64,000 bases of DNA from Cetorhinus maximus. Taxonomy: Eukaryota. This document shows positions 1 to 12,573 of the stretch, piece after piece. Both the position numbers and the translations under genes were made by a program. Each line of letters opens with the position of its first letter. Position 1 is the stretch's first letter. The DNA lies in assembly GCF_964194155.1 (NCBI RefSeq), contig NC_135894.1, positions 13,764,001 to 13,828,000 on the forward strand. The letters are read 5' to 3'. The notes under the pieces are model-generated. The model saw only the letters and a list, made by a program, of their open reading frames with translations, had not been told where the DNA came from and ran no database searches.

Positions 1-627
1 ACCCACTACTGTGGAGAAAATAATTAACAGGCAATTGAGCTTGTTAACAAGCCCATTGAGCTGACTATTACGCTGCCCACACCATAACACAGTTGGCATG
101 GGCAGACGGGCGGGAGTGGGCAGGCCATGTTTTTAACAAAACTGGTTAAAAGGCAAGAAGGAAAGGGGGGGGCCTTCATGGGCACACCCCCCTCTGCGCA
201 TCGGAGGCATCCTCCCCAAACAAGATGTTAACCCCCTCTTTGTTACTTCCTACCTGGACACTAAAACCCATTCCCCTCACCCCTCCCTTCCTTAGGCTCC
301 CTAGTCCTTCCCCATCCAAAACCCCACACTTACTTGTCACCGGGATCCATGTTGTCTTCATCCCAGGGCCTACTTGCAGTCCCAGCAGCGCCCGCTGCTG
401 CGTTCTGGCACTGCTGTGACTGCTAGAATTGGCCAGCAGCTCTTGCGGGTGAGACTTCCTCCCACTGAGGAGCAGAAGTCCGACCTCCAGCTTATTTAGG
501 AACCCCCCCCACCCACCCCCAACCCCGGGCGTGTTACCGATGCGGAGTGGCCTTTTTTAAAGTTGGTCCATTCGGGATTGACCTTTCTTCCAGGGGGAGG
601 GCAGTGTGCCCCATCGTAAGATTCCAC
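1..627. mobile_element. Partial Harbinger-type non-autonomous element (MITE), right portion
   Basis: Shares internal blocks with the MITEs at 8979 and 57844 (acagttggc..gggcg, gccagcagctct, gagacttcctcccac) and ends in a degenerate TIR-like gtaagattccacc. Confidence 0.5.
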
Positions 628-1049
628 CAGGACTTGGAGAAAAATAACTTCATGCTGGCCAAAGTACTGCTTATAAGCTACAAAAGAAAAAGGAAGCCAC
701 ACACTTCCTTATGGCAATCTTTTGAAGCATTCCAGAGAGTTTGCTAATTGGGTTGGCTGTGTTATCCATCGTAAGTTAATAAGATAAAGTATGAATTGTA
801 CTTCAATTTTCTTGAAATAAAGTTGATTTAAGAAGTTGCTGTCATTTGTGACACGTTTGCTTTTAACGAGAGCAAATATCATTAGTGGCTTTACTGTTTT
901 AAAAAAAAAACTATGTTGAAGTAATGTTTTCCTAATTTTACATAAGTTTTGGCAGTGTTTCCAAATTTGAAAATACATTCCCACAAAAATGAGACAAGCC
1001 TATGAAAAATGGCCGGTGGTGAGAAATCTATTCCATATACCGCATGTAA

Positions 1050-1280
1050 AAATATGTGAATGCTGAAACTGTGAAAGAAAAAGAGAAAATACTGAATGGA
1101 CAGTCGTTTGTCAACATCTGAACAAAAGAAATGAAAGGTGGGATCATTTATAAGAAGTGATTGTTAATTCTGATGACAGGTCACTGGTCATTGGTCAGTT
1201 TTGATGAAGGGTCCCATCCAAAACAGGAATTTATCTTGATCTCTCGTTCTTACCTGTTGCATAGTGTGTATTTTCTGATG
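1050..1280. mobile_element. Old fold-back Penelope-like pLTR remnant
   Basis: A minus-strand tail (gaatgctgaaactgtgaaagaaaaagagaaaatactg) faces a plus-strand tail, with CTGATGAcaggtc and tTGATGAagggtc cores between them. Layout resembles 34410-34607 but is very degenerate. Confidence 0.4.
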
Positions 1281-1417
1281 TAATTCCACCATTGAAATCA
1301 CATTTTTTTTCTACACCAACTCCTAATTGCTTGATAAAATACATGAATGAATGATGTGATAAGCACCATAACAATAACAGGTCCAAAACATAAATACTGC
1401 ATTTGTAATAGAACTTT

Positions 1418-1773
1418 TATTTTTTATTCATTCATGGGACGTGGGCATCACTGGTTAGGCCTGCATTTATTGCCCATCCCTAATTTCAATGTTGAGACTC
1501 ATTGACTCAACATTGAGTCAACCACATTGCTGTGGGTCTGGAGCCATATATAGGCCAGACCAGGTAAGGATGGCAGATTTCCTCCCCTAAAAGACATTAG
1601 TGAACCAGGTGGGTTTTTTACAACAATCAACAATGGTTTCATGGTCATCAATTTCCAGATTTTTATTGAATTCAAATTCCACCATCTGCCATAGGAGGAT
1701 TTAAACCCAGGTTCTCAGGGCATTACTCTGGATTACTAGTCTGGCGGCAATGCCACTATGCCATCGCCTCCCC
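1418..1773 (-). mobile_element. tRNA-derived SINE, full length
   Basis: Minus strand starts GGGGAGGCGATGGCATAGTGG (A box), has a B-box-like GGTTTAAATCC and the tail TAGGGATGGGCAATAAATGC. Flanked by aacttt at 1412-1417 and 1774-1779. Confidence 0.85.
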
Positions 1774-1884
1774 AACTTTATGTACATACAGATCATCAGA
1801 ATACAACAAAAAAAAATCCCCACATGTGACAAAGTACTTAATATTCAACAAATACTTGCAGGAAAGTTTCTTCTATTCTCCCCA

Positions 1885-2340
1885 TTTATGCACCTAGTAT
1901 TCATCTTGAAATTATTACCTCGTGCCTTTGTTTTACATATGAATGGAAATTATCTGTTTGTCTTCAGTTTTTTTTAAACTCATTTTGAAAATCTCTGTCA
2001 AATGTACGTCAATTTTCTCATTTTGACTGATTACAATCCTAGCTGCTCTGGCCTAAAATCCCTTATCCCAGGTATCATTGCATTGTACTTTTCCTTTTAC
2101 AAAGAGGAATCCAAAACTGTGTACTGTATTCCAGATGTGACCTAGCCATTGTTTCGTGTAGAGTCATTATGGCCTTCGTATTCAATCTCTCTTGATATAA
2201 ATCCTAAAATCCCATTCACTGCCTTGATAACATTTTCTCATCTGTTCACACACTTATAATGATCTATGTATTTGCGTGAGATCCATTTCTTCCTCTATTG
2301 CATTGAGAAATATACCATGTAAGGTTCATTGCCATTCTTT
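1885..2340 (-). mobile_element. Old CR1 LINE fragment
   Basis: ccaaaactgtgtactgtattccagatgtgacc is the reverse of the CR1 ORF2 C-terminal 'HLEYxxQFW' motif found in other copies here. Confidence 0.6.
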
Positions 2341-2400
2341 ATTTTTATAAATTAACTCATCGCTACTTGGTCCTGCTACTTAGTAGCTTAGTAGTTACTT

Positions 2401-2545
2401 CAGAGCTCCGAAGAAGAGTCATATTGGACTTGAAATGTTAACTCTGTTTCTCTCTCCACCAATGCTGCCAGACCTGTTGAGATTTTCCATCACTTCCTGT
2501 TTTTATTTCAGATCTCCAGTATCCACATTATTTTGCTTTTATTAT
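2401..2545 (+). mobile_element. Penelope-like pLTR remnant with degenerate hammerhead motif
   Basis: cagagct-CCGAAGA-agagtc-atattg-gactt-GAAATGTTA-actctg, followed by the tail tgctgccagacctg that also ends the GIY-YIG element at 22185-23375. Confidence 0.7.
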
Positions 2546-2635
2546 TATGTACTTAGTCCACAATCTCCAGCCTGTTTACATCTTTCTGCATTCTTGCAAT
2601 TTGTCACATCTTCGATCTGGTATGAATTGATATTA

Positions 2636-3700
2636 TAAGATTATAGGATCATAAGAAATAGGACCATTCTATTCGGCCATTCTAGGCCCTTCCACCATTC
2701 AATAAGATCATGGCTGATCTGACTATGGCCTTAACTCCACTTTACTGCTTGTTCCCCATAACCCTTGACTCCTTTGTTGATCACCTTGTATATGTTCAAT
2801 CAACTCAAGTTACTCAACTTCCACTGCTCTCTGTGGAAGAGAATTCCAAAGGCAACAACCCTCTGAGAGAAGAAATTCCTCCTCATCTCTGTCTTAAATA
2901 GAAGACCTCTTATTTTTAACTGTGTTCTAGAGTCCCCCATGAGAGGAAACATCCTATCAGCATCTATTCTGTCAAGCCCCCTCAGAATCTTATATGTTTC
3001 AATAAAATCACCCTCATTCTTCTAAACTCCAATGACTATGGGTCCAACCTGCTCAACTTTTCTTCATAGACAACTCCTTCATCCCAGCAATCAGCCCAAT
3101 GAATCTTCTCTGAACTCCTTCAACTGCAAGTATATCCTTCAACTGCAAGTATATCCTTCCCGAATCAATCTTTATGTCTAAGTTCAAATTGCTTATATAA
3201 AAGGAAAACAAAAATGGTTCCAACGCCAAACTCTGTGGCACCCTGCTCACCTGGCAGCCTGAGACTGTCAGTGTCTCACAACTCTTTGATGTTTTCCTTT
3301 CACCAACTTTCAATCCATACCACTTCTCCTTTTATGCCATGGGGCCTTAAGTTTCTCAATCAATTTATTATGCAGCACTTTATGAAATTCATTCCATGTA
3401 AACATCATCTACTGCATCCCCCTGACTATAATTTCTGTTAATCTCTTGAAACATTGTTAGTGAAACATGATCTACTCTCCAGAAATTTGTGTTGGCCCTC
3501 TTTGATGCCTCTTTAAATATTCATTTGTGTTGTCCCAAATTATTGTCTCTAGCAATTTATGGCTTGTGGCTCTAATGAAATTTGAAAAATCCTGGTTAGC
3601 CTATTTGCTACTTCCTCACTAACTTCCTTCAGTCATCTAGGGAGCATACAATCTGGTCCTAGGCACGACAGTTTTTAACACCATTAGCACCATAGTTACT
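2636..3700 (-). mobile_element. CR1 LINE fragments (3' end plus RT fragment)
   Basis: cataagaaatagga-type 3' tail; ORF 3053..3313 contains VPQSLALEPFLFSFYISNL and EGVQRRFIGLIAGMKELS. Confidence 0.85.
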
Positions 3701-4570
3701 TTTATTTGACTGGTGTTAATAGTTAAGCCAGCAGTTCCCTAACTCGGGAGTTCCTGTTTCTTGGTCCATATTGGAACCTGATGTGCACCGAATTATAGGA
3801 AGGTGGATCAACAAATCAATTGATCTGAAAAAAAAAGTAACTGGAGTCCGAGGATGAGTCAGTCCTTATACTGTAGGTAGTGACCGAGGGTGCTGAGCAG
3901 GGTGGGCGGGTATTGGTGGGGGAGTAACCTTCCTAATTATTACAATCTGATTTAATCCAATCTGGAAGGGGACATCATCAATCACACAGCTTCCCTCCTA
4001 GCACCGGTTTACTCCAATGTTTTAAACGAGAGAGAACTTTACAAGAATATCAAGTTTTAATTAAAAATAGGTTAGGAAAAATGAAATTCTTAAATAGGCA
4101 ATAGCTGGTAGGCACAACAGGAGCTTGGGATTGGTGGATTATCTGCACACGGCTCAGGCCTGGGATCAGGCTGAGGTTTGGGCTGTTGGAGCTGCTGTCT
4201 CTCTGGCTGGTCGCCATCGCCTGTCTGACCTGTGTGCTGTGTGGGGGGGAGAGGGGCTGACATTGTCTGTAAATGTGTATGTGTGAGGAGATGGGCTAAT
4301 TGCTCTGTGTGTGTGTGTGCGTGTATGTATGTGTGCGTGTGTGTGGGTGGGGAGAGAGGGCTTATTACAGTGTGTCTGTGTGAGTGGGGAGGGAGGGAGG
4401 TAGAGGAACTCATTAGAGTGTGTGTGTGAGGGAGTGTGTAAAAGGGTTTTGTTAAGCCTTCTGTCACCAGGTGACAGGGAAGGTTTGGTTGAAATCTTGA
4501 GTACCTTAAATAATAACATTTTTACAAAGTACTTTAAAAACACAGATTTTGATTGCCGAGAAAAGAGACA

Positions 4571-4610
4571 TGCTATCAAAGCTTTTCATCTTGCATTCAT
4601 CAGGACAGCA
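4571..4610 (-). ncRNA. Minimal type I hammerhead ribozyme motif (decayed)
   Basis: Minus strand reads tgctgtc-CTGATGA-atgcaagat-GAA-AAGCTT-t-gatagca. Stem I pairs and stem III is palindromic; the cleavage triplet appears mutated. Confidence 0.65.
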
Positions 4611-5872
4611 ATGCAAGATAAACCAACAGTAAAAGGGAACACCAATTTATGCTGCATGAGAAGAGGGTGCTGATTGGTTGGCACATGATTGGTAGGGGCG
4701 TTACCATGAAGAATGCAGCAGAGAACAGTTAACTGTTAACTGCCAGCTTTTGTTACAAATTTAAACCATGCCAGTCAATTCTGATTGGTCAAGGCATTGC
4801 CATTGGGAATGAACCAAGCTACCAAGCTTTCTTTTTTAGTTGGAAAAGGCATATTGTGTGGACATGCTCCTTCTGTCTGCAAAAGACAGGACCCTGTTTG
4901 TGAATATATGTGGCTTATAGCATGTATAAGTGAGCCCCACTGCGAGCCTGACTGATAATCTTCAATTGGTTTTCAATGTAATTCTTAGCACAATCAGGAT
5001 TGTTTTATGTTGTCCAGTCCTGGGATTGCATCTAATGTTGGACACTATGTTTTGAGTTTTTCAAGCACGGGCTGGTTGGATATAGCCAGTAATCTGGATT
5101 ACTCAGATTACCCAAGAAGGATAAGGTGTCTCAAAATTTGAACAGCAGTTAAGCTAGTTGCATGTTGTTACTATGTGGTAGCAACACGAGTGGTATTCTC
5201 CACTAACAGGATGCTGCCATCAAGCCAAAAAGACCTATCAAGCCTATCACATAAATGAATAATGCAGTAAATTAATTTCAGTGCCTGTGTGATGCCAGGT
5301 ATTGAGGCCGTACATCCCAACGACTGGCGGATCATATCAAACCGCATGACTCTTTGGCTGTTTGCAACACGCAAAGTACTCACCGTACCCAACCAGCCCG
5401 TGCTGCAAAACTCAAAACATAGTGTCCAACATTAGGTGTGACTCTGCAATTGGACAGCACTTGCTAAACAATCCTGATTGTGCTAAGAATTACACTGACA
5501 ACTAATTTAAGATTATCAGTCGGGCTTACAGTGTGGCTCAATTACACATGCTAGAAGTCACGTGTATTCGCAAACAGGGCCCTGTCCTTTGCTGACAGAA
5601 GAAGCGTGTCCACGCATTACACCTTTTTCAGCTAAACAAAAGCTTGGAGGACAGCCATTCCCTGGTTCATTCTTCATGGAAATGCCTTGAACAGTCAGAG
5701 TCAACTGGCTTGGTTTGTTGAAACAAAGGCTGGCAATTAACAGTTAGCTGTTCTCTGCCGCATTCTCCATTGCAACACCTCTACCAATGAGAGTCCATTT
5801 GTCAACCAATCAGCACTCTCTTCTCATGCAGGATAAATTGTTGTTCTCTTTACTATTGATTTACTTTACATA

Positions 5873-5910
5873 GCTGTCCTGAGGAGTACAAAATGAAAAG
5901 CTTCAATAAC
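5873..5910 (+). ncRNA. Minimal type I hammerhead ribozyme motif (decayed)
   Basis: gctgtc-CTGAGGA-gtacaaaat-GAA-AAGCTT-C-aataac, at the 3' end of the Penelope-like element. Confidence 0.65.
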
Positions 5911-6294
5911 ATGTCTCTTTTTTCAGCTATACTCAAGTTCTGCACTACCAAACAGATTTTTATATTTATATGATGTATTACATGTTGACCTATAATCCGC
6001 AAACTTTAACAATGATATACTGAATGTTACTGTGCTGCTTTATTGCTGTTTTGTTTTTCCTGGCATCTGGGGTCACGTTAATTTTCAAGTGTTAAAATGG
6101 GGTCACATTGGAAAATAGCCTGGAATGCATTGAGTTAATCATTACAAATATAAATTCTCCAGCCTGTTGCTCCAAATATTTCTCCCAATTCACCTTTACT
6201 TGAGCCAGGGCCAGACCCCACTGTGCAGCCTCATTTCTCTGTAAGTTGATATCTCTTTGTTTTTTGTTGGTATAAGTGGCCCAATTGATTTTTT

Positions 6295-6575
6295 AAAATT
6301 CGTTCATGGGCTGTGGGTATCACTGGCTAGGTCAACATTTAGACATAATAGAGTTATACAGCACAGAAACAGGCCCTTCAGCCCATTGTGTCCATGCCCA
6401 CCATCAAGCCCCTATCTATTCTAATCCCATTTTCCAGCACTTGGCCCGTAGCCCTGTATGCCAAGGCATTTCAAGGGCTCATCTAAATACTTCTTAAATG
6501 TTATGAGGGTTCCTGCCTCTACCACCCACTCAGGCAGTTTATTGCCCATCCCTAATTGCCCTTGAGAAGGGGTGC
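6295..6575 (-). mobile_element. SINE/LINE tail interrupted by a CR1 3' end (~6341-6537)
   Basis: The tail ...caacattt|attgcccatccctaattgcccttgagaagg is split by a block starting catagagttatacagcacagaaacaggccc-like sequence. Confidence 0.7.
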
Positions 6576-7029
6576 CCTAAACACTGCTGCAGTCCCCATT
6601 GTCATTACTGCTGCTCTTAAAACACTTTTAAACAGAGTAGGGAAGAAATATCATGCATAGAAACTATGCTTATGGAGTTCTTAATGATGAGTAGATGACG
6701 CCCTGCTCCAGATTCAGAAAGATTCCAGTATTGCCAAGGTCAAAAGTAGCAAGTTTGATTTTTGTCCAAAACCAGTGACTGTAAACTTATGTAATGAATA
6801 ACAGACCAGGTCCAGGCGGATCTATGATTTTAACAGTTTTTATAAGTAATGCAGAATGTAAGTCCAAAAATTATAGATCTTTTTCTTAAATAATGCCTCT
6901 CTCACACACAGGTTACATCCTGCCAATATATAAACAGGGGCCTGTTATTGAAAATAACTGAGACTCGCATGGCTGAAATTCTCCACCTATCTTTAAGTGG
7001 CCCCATCCTGCCTGTTACTTTTCAGTGTG

Positions 7030-7619
7030 CGTGTGTTTGGGGCATTGGGAAGTACGAGGGGCGCCAGAGCCACAACTTCCATCCATCCATTGCCAGCGGC
7101 CGGCCCCCGGGTGGGCAGCGGGAGAGGGGCCGAGTGATTGACAGGGGACTCCGGGGAGGGCGAAGAGGACAAGTGAGGTCGCGCGAGTCCAGCACAATTA
7201 GACCAAAGCAAACTCCGCCACCCAGGAAGCGGGTTCATTGATATTCATCAAAGTGCATTCCGGTTTGATGGCTCTAACCGCGCTGTTACACCAGTGTGAG
7301 CCACTGAGAGCAAAACACACGTGTTAGCGTTTTGCACGCTGGCTGTGTACGTGCAGAAACGCGGGTCCTGCTGCTTCCTCGGGTCTGACAGTGACAGATA
7401 CGTTCGTGTCCCCCTACACAAAGAATCCTGACGGTGCCGCTCCAGGTGTCGGGGGTGGGGGGGTGGGGGCGGGTCTGTTGGCCGCAGCGTTCACTAAACG
7501 CCCCTTCTTCACACAACCAGCGGTGGCACATCTCGTCCCCCTCTGGGAACCAACATGCTTCATATCTGCAGATAATGTCAAACTGTCGGCAAATTAAGAG
7601 CCACCGCATTTCACGCCAG
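7030..7619 (+). promoter_or_regulatory. CpG-rich promoter-like region and candidate first exon
   Basis: Local CpG/GC enrichment in AT-rich, non-repeat DNA; GC-box-like gggggcggg; ends at CAG|GTTGGC (GT at 7620), after which the sequence turns AT-rich. Confidence 0.45.
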
Positions 7620-8978
7620 GTTGGCTGTATTCATTCTACAAGCCTGCTCATTTCTGTTATATTTTAGCGTGCTTTTATTTTAATTAAAAAGGAAAGATAA
7701 TCAAAATTAGTTTCAATGTGTCTTGATTTTGTGTTGTTCTCACAAGCCCACGCAGACTTGTTTTTACATTGTATGTTTTTTTTTTGCATTATTTCTCAGA
7801 CATGAATGTTTGTCCTTTTTATTTATTATGGCCGCATTTCCAAAAAATACATAATGTAAAATGAAATAATTCCCTGACAAAATCATTCCCAAAACGTACA
7901 ATGAAACAGATTTTAGCAGCAATTTGGTTTAATAAAAATAAGTTTGTGACAGGCAAAGGCCATGGTTCCTTTACCATAAACTACCTGGAATGCTAAGATT
8001 TAGCAACTTTTATCTTTGTGTGAATTGCTTTTCTGATAACCGATTTGTTTTTCTAACAATTGCACATGCATATCACCACTTCAGTAAACCTGGTGACTTA
8101 CATTTAAAAACTGCAACTTAACGTGAAAAATCTTGACTTTTTATTTAATAGTACTGAGAGCTTATATTTGGAATAGTTTTCATTAGAAACCTTTGGAGGT
8201 ATCATGCCTCAATTTGTAATGGTCAACCATTCTGCATTTGTCATTTCAAATTACTTTAAAAATTATGGTTTCTTACTCTACGCAAAATTTGAATATAGTC
8301 ATGCCTGCTGGTTCAACCCAAATCTCCGTGAATTAGCCTAATTAAACCCCATTAACAACTGCTTATTACCATTAAGCCCACCAGAACTCACTCGGCTGGT
8401 CTCTCACCATCTGCCTTCCCTGTGGGCAGTGTTTTATGTGCGCTAAAAAAAAATTACAAAATGCACAAGCTCAACTATAGAGAAATTAATAGTTTTAATA
8501 AAGGTTACCTTTTAATGCCTCCATCTTGCAGAAATGTGAATTATTCACAAAATTGTGCATATGGAATTAATATTGGTTTATAGTCCAGAATATTGTGGCC
8601 TCTATAAAAAGAAATACCACCAATTTACTGTGTCTCATATATTTTATTTCTGGTCATTAAAATTTTCCATTAATCTCAACTATTGTTTCCAATTTTCTTG
8701 GCTATTCGCAAGTGGCTTTCTTATTTGGTTTTCCAATTCTCTTTTGGCCTAGAAAAAGGACATTTAAAATGCCACCAATTAATTTTGCTGCATATTTAGC
8801 ACTTTATTAGTAATACCTTAATAGTTTTTCATATTAGAGAAATGTTCAATTTATTTAAAATATTTACAACCCAAGTATAAAACCTGTTTAGGAAGCCGTT
8901 TAGCTAAGAAGCTAAATATTCTCTTTTAGGCTTCCAGAATGATTTCAATTGATTCAGTCTCTGATAGCCTGACACCAT

Positions 8979-9656
8979 GAGCAGAATTTTACAGGGAGTG
9001 AGCAGGTAGCCGTGGACTGAAGAGAAAGTGGTCGTATCATCCAATCACACCCAGCCTCATCGCACAGCAATTTAACATTTGTCTGGGCGTTATTTGCCTA
9101 ATGCTGAGATTTCCACCCACATCTGGGGAAGAAATCACTGCCTCAGAACTACTGGCCAATAAAACGATAAGCAGCTCTCTGGTCTAGGCAATCTTACCAG
9201 AAATGGTGGCTACTGTTGGGGTTGCTGCAGTCCCCAGCTAAGGTCATTGTTGGAGCTGCACAGAGTAGTAAGGGGAAGGGGGGTATCTCTGGTTGGACAG
9301 GGAAGGGGGGAAGGGGAAACATGTGAGTGGTCAAAGCATGGGGGGCTCTGATATGGAAGCAGAATGCCCTTAAAGAAGGCCCTCACCCTTTCCCACCGCA
9401 TGCTCGAGCAGTGTTACCTACCGGGTTTCCCACCCATTGTCAGTCTCAGCCTACCACCTGTGAAATAGCATCAGAGGTCTTTGATTTGCCACTTCAGCAC
9501 CTCAATTGGCACAAGGATGGGTGGGCCACCTGACCCTGCTGCTTTTTAGCGGGGTCAGGGGCGAGCTGGTAGGTGCCAAGATAGGCCCAATGGCATTTTA
9601 CAAGACCACCCACCCCACCTGCAAATTTGCCCACTGGGAAGTGTAAAGTTCTGCCC
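8979..9656. mobile_element. Harbinger-type MITE
   Basis: TIRs gagcagaattttac and gtaaagttctgccc; 3-bp TSD cat at 8976-8978 and 9657-9659. Confidence 0.75.
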
Positions 9657-11496
9657 CATACATTGATCAGTTGACATGCAGTCTTGGTTGGTCCATTTTT
9701 TAAAAAAGCATTAACTTGTTTGAAGGATTTGGCAAAAAGTCAGTTTGCAAGCTGCACTGCTATTCTAGGATTGAAGTACCGGTATCCTTTTATTTGCCAA
9801 TCCAGAACAATGTGTGCCTTGAAATTATACAATGGGTCCTTCATAACGATTAAAATGTACATAGTAATCTTATTAGTTGCAACAGTTAATGAAAGATGGG
9901 ACTTCAACCTTATTTGAAGACTCATTGTGTAAAACCAGTCTCAAATGTATTTGTTATAAATAGTTTTCAATTTATTATGTGCTAACAAAAACACTTCCTT
10001 TAATGGATATAAAAAACAAAAACTAAGTGACCTGTAATCTAACAAAGGATTTACATGATATTGTAAAGCGCAAAAGTGAAACTCAAGCAGATTGCAACTC
10101 TCATCTGAGCCCAAAGATCAGATTGCAAGCTTGATTGTGGTCCCTGATATCTATTAAGTTTAATAATGCACACTGTTTCATTTCTGTGGGTGTGGGCAGT
10201 ATTCAATTTTAAGCAATGTAAAGTCATATGACTTGAAGCTACTAAAATAATATCTACAGGCAATTACAGGGAAATTCTATCTCTGCATATGTAGAATACA
10301 GAGTGAGTACCAAGGCAATAATTCCAACTTTGGGTTTACCTGATGAAGTAATCTACAGGATTGGAAATTGAGCAATTTGTGAATGTCACATAAACCAAGA
10401 GGTATGTGAATAAGTAGATGTCTCAATTCCCAGCATTTCTTATTAGACATAATAATAACTGACAAAGTTGCCATGCACCAACTTCTTAGTGGGAATGGAG
10501 TTGTGCTGGCTGCCACTCCAGGAAATAGTAACCGAAGACTTTGAAAAGATAAATGCTATGTGCATATAATGTAGGGTTAAGAATTGAACAGCTGTTGATA
10601 TTTGATCTGAAGAAGAGGATGCACAATTACACTTGGTAATTTCCCAAAAAAACTGTCAGATACTTAGTCACGAGATGAAAGAGTATGTATTTTGCAGGCC
10701 TAGCTTTCCCAGCTGCATCCTACATTTTGTTTATAGTGCACACACACATTTGCTTTTGCTGAGGGGATTTGGCTATCGAAGAAGACAACTTTGTACTTTG
10801 CATGGCAGTTTCTGCACTAGAACATGATCATATTGCAATTGGTCAGAGATGGGACACTTTGGTAGCAAACTAGGAAAAATTTTCCATCAATGTTTTCAAT
10901 TATAATATAAATTGCAGCAATAGCAAAATAATGAAAAATCACTAGGCTGGGTGAAAAACTGTCATTATTCTTTTTGTGTGTATATGTATAAACCATTAAC
11001 ATTTAACTAACGTGTCTGGTACAATAACATCATGTGACTAGCGCTGTGATTTTTTTTTTCCAGTCAATTATTGAAACATGTCTAACACTATTGATTATGA
11101 CTGGTGAATGAAGATTTTACTGTCCAACAATAAAATTACTTCAGTGAATTGTTCCTAAAAGCTCGGTGAAAAGCTTTCAATAATAACAACCTGCATTTAT
11201 ATAGTGCACTTTAGCATGGTAAAACATTTTTAGACATTTCGCAGCAGCATTATCAAACAACTTTTGGCACTGAGCCACATAAAGAGATAACAGCATAGGG
11301 TCAAAGAGATAGATTTCAAGGAGCGTCGTAAAGGAGGAGAGAGATTCAAAGAGGCAAAGAAATTTAGGGAGCAAAATCCAGAGCTTTGGGCCTTACACAA
11401 CTGAAGGTACAGCCACCAATGGTAAGTCAAAGAAGACTGTGAATGTGCAGGAGGCTGAATTGGAGATACATGGAGATCTCAGAGGTTTGTAGAGTT

Positions 11497-11690
11497 GTTT
11501 TTTTTTAATCGTTTATGGGATGTGGGCGTCACTGGCTAGGCCAGCATTTATTGCCCATCCCTAATTGCCCTTGTTCAGAGGTCAGTTAAGAGTCAACCAC
11601 ATCGCTCTGGGTCTGGAGTCACATGTAGGCCAGATCAGGTAAGGATGGCAGATTTACTTCCCTAAAGGACATGAGTGAACCAGATGGGTG
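11497..11690 (-). mobile_element. tRNA-SINE, 5'-truncated, nested in L2
   Basis: Matches the 3' half of the SINEs at 1418-1773 and 36223-36595. Confidence 0.85.
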
Positions 11691-12389
11691 TAGGAGTAAT
11701 AGAGATAGAAAGGGGTGTGTCTATGGAGGAATTTGTACACAAGGATGAGAGTTTTAAATTTGAAGCATTGCCAGACTAGTAGCCAATGTAGGTCAACAAG
11801 CACAGGGGTAATGGGTGAATGGGATGGTGCGAGTTATGATACAGGCAGCACAGCTTTGAATGAGTTGAAGTTTGCACAGAGTGGAAGTTGGGAACATGGG
11901 AATAGTTCAGTCTGGAAATAAAAAAGGAATAGATGAGGGTTGCAGCTAGCCGATCAGCTGAGAGTCAGAAGCATGTGATATTACTGAGGTGGAAGTAGAC
12001 CACCTTGGTGATGGAGGGGATGTATGGTCAGAAGCCAAGCTCAAGGACAAATAGGATGCCAAAATTGTGAACAGCCTGGTTCAGGATGAGACAAGCCAAG
12101 GAGAGAGATGTGGGTAGGGGCTTAGGCATGGAATTTGTGATGGGGGTCAAAGACATTGGCTTTTGGTGTTCTCAATATTTAACTGGAAGAAAAATCAGAT
12201 GCAGTGGAAGGGTCAGGAGATGTGGTGGTAAAGTAGAGTTGGGTGTCATCATCATACATGTGGAATCTTGTGTTTTCGGAATATATTGCTAAAAGGCAAC
12301 ATGTAGATGAGAAATAGGAGGCGGCCAAGGATAGATCCCTGTGGAACTCTTTGGTTTTATCAATAGATTTTTGGGTATTAACGGAATTA

Positions 12390-12573
12390 GGAGTCAAAGC
12401 TGTGTAAAAATCCTGGAACCCCCTCCCTAACAGCACTGTGGGTGTACCTACATTACATGGACTGCTGTGGCTCATGAAGGCAGCTCACCACCACCTTCTC
12501 AAGGGCAATTAGGAATGGCCAAAAAATGCTGGCCTCGCCAGCAATGCTACATCCCATGAATGAATTTAAAAAA
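12390..12573 (+). mobile_element. 3' end of the SINE-partner LINE, nested in L2
   Basis: aaatcctggaac..gaaggcagctcaccaccaccttctcaagggcaattagg matches the reverse of 33515-33670. Confidence 0.8.

Larger units (their letters stand above)
4551..5951 (+). mobile_element. Penelope-like element, 5'-truncated, with inverted pLTR copy
   Basis: Decayed GIY-YIG end at ~5180-5630 (FQCLCDARY.GRTSQRLADHIK...SAIGQHLLNNPDCAKNY). 4552-5080 is the reverse complement of ~5389-5930. Flanked by acagatttt at 4542-4550 and 5952-5960. Confidence 0.85.
3730..6132. mobile_element. Possible hAT-type non-autonomous element interrupted by a Penelope-like insertion
   Basis: Left end cagcagttccctaact and right end ggggtcac..ggggtcac..tggaatgcattg resemble hAT termini. 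The TIR match is weak. Confidence 0.35.

Noticed and set aside
4090-4579. His/Thr- or Cys/Val-rich ORFs
   Set aside because: They are translations of (GT)n/(CA)n low-complexity DNA.
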